From NCBI GenBank assembly GCA_051362555.1, contig CM120646.1, positions 5,518,001 through 5,582,000 on the forward strand: DNA of 64,000 nt. Reading direction: 5' to 3'. Source of the DNA: Lingula anatina. Taxonomy: Eukaryota > Animalia > Brachiopoda. Each line of letters begins with the position of its first letter. Position 1 is the first letter of the stretch. The position numbers and the translations under genes are program-made. The notes beneath the pieces are model-generated. The model did not search any database and was not told the origin of the DNA. It was given only the letters and a program-made list of their open reading frames with translations. Positions 54,171 to 64,000 of this stretch are shown one piece after another.

Positions 54171-54233
54171 GGGGGGGGGGGGTCGGCTTCGCATCTACGG
54201 ATCCCCCTTCAAATAATCCTAGATATGCCCCTG
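53991..54233. mobile_element. CAG-ended MITE with internal (GT)n/G-run
   Basis: cagtggcggattt...agatatgcccctg imperfect TIR; flanks caata / taata. Confidence 0.55.
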
Positions 54234-54684
54234 TAATATAATATGGGTGCAAATTTATTAATACCTGCTTTTAAATGACTAAAGCCCCAAACAGTAGACG
54301 AATATTTCAACTATGATTTAAACTTGATGTTTCAGAGACTTTTTGCTTCATTAATAACTGACACAAGAGTTCCACCTTCAGACTCAGACAATAGTTTACA
54401 CATGGTTTAACACCAGGCTCATAACGTACGTGACGATTAATGATATGAACGGCAAACTTTTAAAATTTATTATAACTGTGAACACATGGAAACTGGCCAA
54501 TTTCTTAATTGGTGCATGCTTTTGAAAAAAGATAAGTATTAGTAACACTATAAAACACACATAAGACCCCATCATTACAGGCATTTACTGGCGCATTAAT
54601 TTACATAGCAGGAAACTTGATTGCTTATTTTTAGCCATATTATAGTTTAGATTATCAGTATAAGATATTCTTAATCACACATCT

Positions 54685-55461
54685 CATGGGCGTAACTAGG
54701 CATACGCACGGATGCACTGTGCGTACAATTTTTTTGGCCAACCATGATATTATTTTATATAAATTCACGGAATATAAAAGAAATTCCTCTGCTTATTAAA
54801 GTCACCTGCATGTACAAATCCTCTGTATCAATTGTATAGGCACAGTTGTTCTTGCAAACTGAGGTAAACAATGCCTGTAACCTTAACAAGTCCTATCTTA
54901 ATCGTCCATCTAACTGATACTTTCTTTACCTCTTAATTGGAGGGTTCAGTGGCCCTCAACTCTTCTGTACCCTCTTTCTTGAGAATATCTAGCGATATTT
55001 ATTTAAGAAGGAGCTAGAGAAACAAAGGAAGAATTTTTCCTGCAAAGCTTCAAAGAATTTTGACACGGACTTGACCCAGCTTACCCCTCCAAACTAACAG
55101 GGTGACATGGGCAATTTTTACAAACAAATAATTTAACTAAGATGTATCAGAGCTCTGTCGTGTCGTACAATTGGTTGTTTTTGGGAGCCTTGCATCCACA
55201 TGTATGGTGAATGAAACATATATGCGAAGCTAGCCTCCTTTTAAATAAATATACCGTTCTGGGTAATAAGAATATTGAAACTTTTTTAATTGCGAGAATA
55301 TTTATGACTAATTAATGATTTTATTATTAATGGAAATTAAGCTGCGATGTGTGGTACATATGCTGTAATTACGCTGTCCTTCATTCCTGCATTAGTCTAC
55401 ATTTTGCTGGGAATTATAAAAATCTGTGCGTACAATTTTTAAAGGTCTGGTTACGCCCCTG
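54685..55461. mobile_element. Non-autonomous TIR element, 5-bp TSD
   Basis: catgggcgtaactag...ctggttacgcccctg TIR and TSD catct. The direct repeat ctgtgcgtacaattttt lies near both ends. Confidence 0.75.
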
Positions 55462-55495
55462 CATCTGAATCACAATGGCATTATACAGTCCCGTT

Positions 55496-55600
55496 GAAAA
55501 GAAATTGTTCATTATCACTAAATCTATCGTCTTCATAATGATTATTGTAGAAAAGAAATTGTTCATTATCACTAAATCTATTGTCTTCATAATGATTATT
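55496..55600. repeat. 54-bp-period tandem duplication
   Basis: gaaaagaaattgttcattatcactaaatctat(c/t)gtcttcataatgattatt occurs twice. Confidence 0.9.
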
Positions 55601-55779
55601 TGATATGGAAGGGGATCATTTGATGGGTACTAGTATCAAATTGCAGGATTTGGATTTATATCACAAAACCCACATATAAAGACAGTGTCTGCATATACAG
55701 GTAAAAACTTGAAAAAAAAATACAATTATTTTATCAAATACATTAGCTGAACAGGTCTGGTGATAATTCAAAGTGACAG

Positions 55780-55842
<63 letters not shown>

Positions 55843-56913
55843 GATATCTAGATTTTGAAATAAACTTTTCTTCTAAAAAATTCATTTGGAGTATATTATT
55901 AAGGCCAGTCACATGATCATATCAATGGGGGTGAGAATATGTGTACGCGCATGTGCACGCACGTGTGCAGGGAATAGAAGCCTCTGGTGCCCCCAAGCAT
56001 TCCAGAAAAAGAGCTGACCAACATCTATTTTCAATAGTATTGCAACTATCCCCAGCACTAGTGCATAGTCCATTCCAATAATCTTCAATGAATATCAAAA
56101 AAGTGGAAAGCTACTTTTATTCAGATTTAAGCATCATGACTGGAGTGTTACAAAAACTGCGGTGTGAAATTCTGATACAAGAAGAAAGAATGATGAATTG
56201 CACATATGTATTTGTAAAAGAAAAATATTTATAATTTTGGAAACTGAATGTATATTGTAATGCTAAGAAAACAATTTCTTAATTTTTAAAACTGTTATAA
56301 TGTGGTGAAATATAAAACTAAACAGGCAACACAGAAAGTACTTAGTGTACTTTAACTATTGCAACGTATGACTGGAAACCAACATGGTAAAACTAATTTT
56401 CTGAATTCCAGTCATTAGACTACAGACTCTAGCACACTCTCACTAAGGCACTGCTTGGCTTAGCTGTATAACAGTTAATGTCGTCATGAAATAAAACAAT
56501 TTAATATAAAATGATTATTGTAAAAGTATTCTAAAAGTTTCCTTCACAAGTGTGTAATACAAATAAACAGACCTGATAAACTAAATTTTTTCCAACCACT
56601 ATGACAGTATAATTTTATGCAAATTCTTCCCAACTTTGTGTTGTAATATTTATACTACTGCTCATATCTATAAATATAAATAAAATTCACAATAATATGC
56701 TATTTTTTAGACTTCCAATGTGTTAGGCTTAATAGAAAACTTTTTACTGTGGAATGTTTCATTCACATCGTTTTTTTAGAGAGTATGAGAGATAGTATGT
56801 TATCAAAAGTTCAGCAGTCAAGTACAGAATATTTTGTGTCTTCATGTCCAGTTTCATTCCATTATAATCATCATTCTTATTATGCTTGTATACAAGTCGG
56901 TGTGGCTGGCTGA

Positions 56914-56982
56914 TCATTCTGTTAACAACTTCAGAGCTCTCACTGCTGGGATGACCTGGTCTATACGGCTGACACCTGTTAA

Positions 56983-57017
<35 letters not shown>

Positions 57018-57975
57018 GTTAAAAAAAAATAAAATGTCAGTGATTAAGGCCATGTGCAATTTTGCTCAAAAGCTGTGGAAAAATTGAACATTCATTTTTT
57101 ATTAATAATATGTCGAATAATACATAAAGTCTTTTACTCACTAATAAAGTAATGAAACAAAAAATACTGAAGTTACTATAAATTAATTTATTAAACTAAT
57201 GAAATTATTGAAGAATATCATAAACCTTCACTATAATCTTGTTTTACAAAAGTAAGAGGGTTAAGCTCCAAAACTAAATTTAAGTTAAAAAAAGGGCCTT
57301 CAAAAACAAATGATTTTTTTTGCTTTACAAACACTAAATAGACCATTTCATTCTAGTTTCAAAAGTTCAGCAGTCAAGTACAGAATGCCATGCCAACATA
57401 CAATATTCACAAATATATTTAAAATATATATTATACCTAGAATATCCATGAGTTTATCCATCATTTCCTGGAAAACTGGGAAGAATTCATCATGCTGCTC
57501 AAGGCGTTTACGGACACTGGAATGAATAAATATAAGGTATGTGAAAGCTTGAAAAAGGCAGGCAATGGAAATTCTTCTTAAAGAAAAGATGGTTTCATTC
57601 TTCTTATAAATAGTATGGTTTCAAAGGAACAAATCATTCAATTAACATAAATATCCAAGCTGCCTTTCTGCTTAATTATGATACTCATAAATCTTCTCAT
57701 TAACTTTTAATGTCTGTCAAACTATGGATGGACTAAAAACATCAAAATTTTATTGAAAACAAAATGTGTAGAAAACTAAAAAATGCACTTTTTTCACACC
57801 TCTAATATCACCTTTTTTTTCAGAAAAAGTAGTACACTGTACACACTGTACCTATCTAGGTCTTCCTCCTCCAGTAGTTGTTTCAGCTGCCTCCAGGTGG
57901 TGCTGGTGTGCTGTTGACACAGTTGACCCACAGCATCTACTATGGCAGTGGACTTGGCATCTTCAGCTGATTTAA

Positions 57976-58006
<31 letters not shown>

Positions 58007-59748
58007 ATTGATATGCTAATCTATACATTAATCTATAGAAAAATTATGTAAAAACTAATTGGGTGCAGGACACAAAACCTCCGCCCAGGTTCTTCTTGAG
58101 GACACTTGTTTGAGAGAACACAACTGAGCAATTGCTCTTCTCATGGGCCACAGGGTCTGGAAATCTATTTCTGCTAATCTCTGATTGATGATGCTGATGG
58201 TGGACTGTAGTCATTATGATGATGACAAAGATCAAACTCAAAGAGTACTTACGCAGTCCTAAGAGATCTCTGAGAGACCTAAGCACATTGTGGACCTCCC
58301 CAAGCTTGCTGTAGATCTCGTTCATTCTGGGATACACTCCATTCACAGATTCCACATCAAAAAGGTTCTGGAAGTGCTCCACTATGTTCTTCAGCACTGT
58401 ACCAGAAGGAAGCTCTGTGCCGTCCTGAAATACACCAAATCTCATCAATATTTTAAAATGGCAATGCAGCTTAACCCCCCTGTGTCTGTGAATTAATCTT
58501 GTCCGTTGGCTTGTCTGTCCATCCTCCCCTCCCCCGAACAAAAAGTTGGTAACTCTTATGGAAGTTGAAGTGTAACTATATATAGGATAAACAATTTAAT
58601 AAAGGTGGTTTTCTGTGTCCAATCAACATCTGTATCATCTTGCAATGCACATACATTTATAAAGTAAAATGAACAGTCGGGTAAATATAAAAATCTCAGA
58701 ACTGCACAAAAAGTTCAACAAAAGAAGCCTACATGGTTCCCCAACCTCATACTTTGCCCCTCTACTTACTGGCTCCTCTGACACGCCACCCTCAAAGGTC
58801 AAGGCATCAATGGCTGAAATGATCTGAGAGACTTTGGCGTCCCCCACCAGCTTACGGTACGTGAAGGGTGCGAGCCTGGTTGACAGCTTGTTCACAGATT
58901 GCTGCAACTCCTACGAGGTACAAAATCAAAAATTAAATTTATATTGCTATATAGCATTTGTGGTGCTTTGACGGCACACAATAGACTTAAAGAGTAGCTT
59001 TCTTATAAAATTTGTAGCTACATCTCAACCGGAATGTTCTAGATAAATTTTAAAGGAACAATGACTTAACAATACAGTATCTGTAAAATACACAAATTGT
59101 TCACACTCTGCTGCAACTCTTACAGGGTAAATTAATTTTTTTAATGACAAATAATTTTATACAATAAAATAAAATTTATATATATAATATATATATTTTC
59201 CCCTTTTTTCTACACTCTGATTCTTTTACAAGCATCTACAGTTTTTGTCTAAAGATGCCTTTTCATGTTCTGAAAACTGAAAACACTGATAATAAAATTC
59301 ATTTTTTAATCATTGTAATCAAAAGAAGTGAAAATAAAACTTAACTAAAAAGTTTTTGATAACTCATTTATAAAAGTTTTAAAAAAATCATAAATGGGAT
59401 CTTACTCTAAGAGAGGCAAGCTCCTGCACCCAGAATTCTAGAGTGGGTAGAACATGACTCCATGTCCTTTCACACCAGACTGCATGCTCTCGTTTGTGAG
59501 ATGTGCGCTGAGCAAAGTCTTTAAGTTTCGGGGCTCTTTCAGAATTAACAATCTTCAGTACATCTTTTGCAAACTGAGGAAATAAAAAATTCATTCATCA
59601 ATACAACTGAAAATTGATAAAAGTGCACAAAAAATTGCTGCATTATTGCTGTAAAGAGTTTCAACACTAATGAATTCTTAATCAATTATTACTGTCAATG
59701 GGTATTATTTCTTTTTTTATTCACAGCGTTACATATTTTTGTTGAAAA

Positions 59749-59792
<44 letters not shown>

Positions 59793-59930
59793 AAGAGAGA
59801 GAGAGAGAGAGAGACTGTCATCTTAACAAACCTGTTCAAGTCTTGGAAAAGCCTCAACTGCATTCTGCTGCTTTTCAATCTTTGGAGTTATATGCCTGAG
59901 GTCAAATACACCAAGACATTCACAGGTACC
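56914..59930 (-). CDS. CEP70: Centrosomal protein of 70 kDa, 3' seven exons (5' part outside the window)
   Basis: Exons 59930-59832, 59573-59406, 58910-58746, 58424-58253, 57966-57852, 57516-57437, 56975-56914, GT-AG and frame-consistent. [27 protein letters not shown]...HDEFFPVFQ...IDQVIPAVRALKLLTE* matches the CEP70 C-terminus as I recall it ([27 protein letters not shown]...HEEFFPAFQ). Confidence 0.9.
59751..59814. repeat. (GT)n(GA)n microsatellite in a CEP70 intron
   Basis: Direct reading. Confidence 0.9.
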
Positions 59931-60673
59931 CTAAAGATAACAAAAAAATTTAAACTTAATGATATTTTTAAAGTCAAACCGTCATCCTGATATTCTACTG
60001 TCTTAACCTAGAATGACAGCATGCATATACACACATGTAAAAAAACATCATGATTCAATTGAATATGTGAATATAATCTTATCAGATAATGTTTTCTGTG
60101 ACTGAACAAATAATAACAACCAAACTAAAACACATTACTGAATTGTTTTGCCAGTCTTGTTGCAATAACCAACTTGCTAAATAAATATGAGACAAATAAA
60201 AAAGAAGACTGAAATGGTAATACTGGGTATATGGCACCAAACCTTATCATACAAGTGATAGCTAGAAGATTGTAATTTAAAAAATGACACGCAGGTAAAC
60301 TACTGATAATTTATGTATATATTGCAACAAAATTAATTAAACTAAATGGGGGTTGGCTGATGTTTAAAAAAATAAACTGTTAGGTATGTTGATTGCAGCA
60401 GTATCAACAAATAAAAATGACAGAAAAATATCAAGTGTAGAAGAGAGAAGAATGGTATACTGGTATATAGACGAGTTTTTATCAGATAAAAAAGGAAACA
60501 AAGCTGTCAAATGTACAGACAAAAAAAAAAAAAAAAAAAAACTCATGCACAACAGGTAACATGATTAATCAGATTACAGTTTCAGGACCAGGTAGAGACA
60601 GTGAAAATACAAGTGAAGACAAATCGAATGATGTTAAGAAACTGACACACATTGGAAAAAATTATTTTTAGAA

Positions 60674-63600
60674 CATGATGTAGATTTGGCAAAAGATTGT
60701 GGCTGTGAATGTGATCAGTTGCAATTTTATGTCAACACCACACCAAAGTCCAGTCAACAGCTTTGTTTGTTTTGTTGTAGGATTAAACACTGTAAGATGA
60801 TTAGTTTACAGGTAGACAAGATAAAATCTTGATTGCAATCATAGCTCAGAAGTCACCTGTGGAAAGTCTACTACTTGGGCTGTGACAACTGTACACATGA
60901 CACATGAATAGAACAATGGTGACACTAAATACAACTGGTAAGAAGGGACAGACAGAGATAAGACAGCTTGACAGAAGTAAACTTGAATATCTTGACATAT
61001 TTGACATGTGGGATAAGGTATAAAAGCAACTACACAGTAGAAACCAGACAGAAAGCTCTTGGACAAGAGCATAAGAACAGTCATGATGTAAGGTGTACAT
61101 AAATTTTGGGCCATGATATAGAATTGGCAGAAGATTGTGGCTGTGAATGTGACCAGTCACAATTTTAAGTCAACATTACACCATGGTACAGACAGCGTGA
61201 AAACACAAGTGAAGATTTATTCGAAGATTCAACCCACTGTATATTTTTGGCAATAAAGGAGTGGCTGGGGAATATAACACCAGTGCTTCTTTTTGTCAAA
61301 CCTGTTCAGTGGGAAAAACCTCAAATAATGTGAAGAAATAGATGCAGATGGGATAAAAATTGGCCATGATGTAGAATTGGCAGAAGATTGTGGCTGTGAA
61401 TGTGATCAGTCGCAATTTTAAGTCAACATTACAACATGGTACAGACAGCGTGAAAACAGAAGTGAAGAAATGTACGAAGAAGATTTAACCCACTGTATAT
61501 TTTTGGCAATAAAGGAGTGGCTGTGGAATATAACACCAGTGCTTCTTTTTGTCAAACCTGTTCAGTGGGAAAAACCTCAAATAATGTGAAGAAATTGATG
61601 CAGATGGAAAACAAATTTGGTCATGATGTAAAATTGGCAGAAGATTGTGGCTGTGAAACTGACCAGTCACAATTTTATGTCAACATTACAACATGGTCAA
61701 GACAGCGTGAAAATACGAGTGAAGACGAATCGAATGATGTTAAGAATTTGACACACGTTGGGAAAGATTATTTTAGGCCATAATGTAGAATTGGCAGAAG
61801 ATTGTGGCTGTAAAACTGATCAGTTGCAATTTCATGTCAATACTACACCAAAGTCCAGTCAACAGCTTTGTTTGGTTTGTTGTAGGATTAAACATTGTAA
61901 GATGATTAGTTTACAGGTAGACAAGATAAAATCTTGATTGCAATCATAGCTGAGAAGTCACCTGTGGAAAGTCTACTACTTGGGCTGTGACAACTGTACA
62001 CATGACACATGAATAGAACAATGGTGACACTAAATACAACTGGTAAGAAGGGACAGACAGAGATAAGACAGCTTGACAGAAGTAAGCTTGAATATCTTGA
62101 CATATTTGACATGGGGGATAAGGTATAAAAGCAACTACACAGTAGAAACCAGACAGAAAGCTCTTGGATAAGAGCATAAGAACAGTCATGATGTAAGGTG
62201 TGCATACATTTTGGGCCATGATGTAGAATTGGCAGAAGATTGTGGCTGTGAATGTGACCAGTCATAATTTTATGTCAACATTACACCATGGTACAGACAG
62301 CGTGAAAACACAAGTGAAGAAATAATCGAAGATTCAACCCACTGTATATTTTTGGCAATAAAGGAGTGGCTGGGGAATATAACACCAGTGCTTCTTTTTG
62401 TCAAACCTGTTCAGTGGGAAAAACCTCAAATAATGTAAAGAAATAGATGCAGATGGGATAAAAATTGGCCATGATGTAGAATTGGCAGAAGATTGTGGCT
62501 GTGAATGTGATCAGTCGCAATTTTAAGTCAACATTACACCATGGTACAGACGGCGTTAAAAACAGTAGTGAAGAAATGTAAGAAGAAGATTCAACCCACT
62601 GTATATTTTTGGCAATAAAGGAGTGGCTGGGGAATATAACACCAGTGCTTCTTTTTGTCAAACCTGTTCAGTGGGAAAAACCTCAAATAATATGAAGAAA
62701 TTGATGCAGATGGAAAATAAATTTGGTCATGATGTAAAATTGGCAGAAGATTGTGGCTGTGAATGTGATCAGTCGCAATTTAAGTCAACATTACAACATG
62801 GTATAGACGGCGTGAAAACAGAAGTGAAGAAATGTACGAAGAAGATTTAACCCCACTGTATATTTTTGGCAATAAAGGAGTGGCTGGGGAATATAACACC
62901 AGTGCTTCTTTTTGTCAAACCTGTTCAGTGGGTAAAACCTCAAATAATGTGAAGAAATAGATGCAGATGGGATTAAAATTGGCCATGATGTAGAATTGGC
63001 AGAAGATTGTGGCTGTGAAACTGACCAGTCACAATTTTATGTCAACATTACACCATGGTACAGACAGCGTGAAAACAGAAGTGAAGATTTATTCGAAGAT
63101 TCAACCCACTGTATATTTTTGGCAATAAAGGAGTGGCTGGGGAATATAACACCAGTGCTTCTTTTTGTCAAACCTGTTCAGTGGGAAAAACCTCAAATAA
63201 TGTGAAGAAATAGATGCAGGTGGAAAACAAATTTGGTCATGATGTAAAATTGGCAGAAGATTGTGGCTGTGAAACTGACCAGTCACAATTTGATGTCAAC
63301 ATTACAACATGGTCAAGACAGCGTGAAAATACAATTGAAGACGAATCGAATGATGTTAAGAATTTGACACACGTTGGGAAAGATTATTTTAGGCCATGAT
63401 GTAGAATTGGCAGAAGATTGTGGCTGTTAAACTGATCAGTTGCAATTTCATGTCAATACTACACCAAAGTCCAGTCAACAGCTTTGTTTGGTTTGTTGTA
63501 GGATTAAACATTGTAAGATGATTAGTTTACAGGTAGACAAGATAAAATCTTGATTGCAATCATAGCTGAGAAGTCACCTGTGGAAAGTCTACTACTTGGG

Positions 63601-63907
63601 CTGTGACAACTGTACACATGACACATGAATAGAACAATGGTGACACTAAATACAACTGGTAAGAAGGGACAGACAGAGAAAAGACAGCTTGACAGAAGTA
63701 AACTTGAATATCTTGACATATTTGACATGGGGGATGAGGTATAAAAGCAACTACACAGTAGAAACCAGACAGAAAGCTCTTGGATAAGAGCATAAGAACA
63801 GTCATGATGTAAGGTGTGCATAAATTTTGGGCCATGATGTAGAATTGGCAGAAGATTGTGGCTGTGAATGTGACCAGTCACAATTTTATGTCAACATTAC
63901 ACCATGG
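60674..63907 (+). ncRNA. Candidate pre-miRNA hairpin family A, 12 copies; predicted 5p AUUGGCAGAAGAUUGUGGCUGU
   Basis: Copies start at about 60674, 61111, 61364, 61621, 61778, 62216, 62469, 62727, 62983, 63237, 63394, 63832. ttggcagaagattgtggctg pairs with cagtcacaattttatgtcaa (19/20 pairs, 3 G-U), with a 10-nt loop and lower stem ccatgatgta/tacaccatgg. Confidence 0.7.
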
Positions 63908-64000
63908 TACAGACAGCATGAAAACACAAGTGAAGAAATATTCAAAGATTCAACCCACTGTATATTTTTGGCAATAAAGGAGTGGCTGGGGAATATAACA
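61233..64000 (+). ncRNA. Candidate pre-miRNA hairpin family B, 7 copies (last truncated by the window); predicted 5p UUUGGCAAUAAAGGAGUGGCUG
   Basis: Copies start at about 61233, 61489, 62338, 62595, 62852, 63105, 63954. tttggcaataaaggagtggctgg pairs with ccagtgcttctttttgtcaaa (2 bulges, G-U pairs), with an 11-nt loop, basal stem cccactg/cagtggg, and CCTC (CNNC) 17 nt past the predicted 3' cut. Confidence 0.7.

Larger units (their letters stand above)
60570..64000 (+). repeat. Complex modular tandem array (modules of about 157, 438 and 255 bp in order Y Z X X Y Z X X X X Y Z X...), running off the window end
   Basis: Every module starts with the same about 75-bp core (hairpin A; degenerate in the first Y) followed by one of three tails; X modules also carry hairpin B. 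Confidence 0.92.

Noticed and set aside
61621-61665. C/D-box snoRNA reading (ATGATG...CTGA)
   Set aside because: The C box is imperfect (ATGATGT), CTGA lies in the variable loop and is absent from most copies, and the strand is opposite to the host gene.
60839-63881. Repeated 60-119-aa ORFs in the terminal array (e.g. MTGHIHSHNLL..., ...LAEDCGCE...)
   Set aside because: Stops and frames differ between near-identical units and there is no consistent splice pattern; conservation follows the hairpin arms rather than codons.
60570-64000. CRISPR-like repeat-spacer array
   Set aside because: Eukaryotic intron context with no cas genes; the repeat is about 75 bp and the intervening segments are themselves repeated (three types), not unique spacers.

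Overview
AT-rich, intron-containing animal genomic DNA, not prokaryotic; the repeat types suggest a marine invertebrate such as a mollusc (inference). Protein genes: KNOP1-like (-, single coding exon), two tandem 3-exon secreted prepropeptide genes (+; one intact and Gla-propeptide-like, one truncated), an 8-exon tetraspanin (-), a cluster of six copies of an intronless type II membrane DxD glycosyltransferase-like gene (3 intact, 1 with a 1-nt frameshift, 2 fragments), and the 3' seven exons of CEP70 (-). Mobile DNA includes a Helentron-type HINE carrying a 146-bp satellite, a decayed Tc1, and several MITE families with 3-, 5-, 6- and 9-bp TSDs. The most striking feature is at 60.67-64.0 kb, antisense inside a CEP70 intron. 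It is a tandem array of at least 19 pre-miRNA-like hairpins of two related types. They have near-invariant 5p arms, 3p arms varying largely by G-U-compatible changes, Drosha-type geometry with CNNC at +17, and a shared predicted UUGGCA seed, so the array is a candidate amplified polycistronic miRNA cluster.
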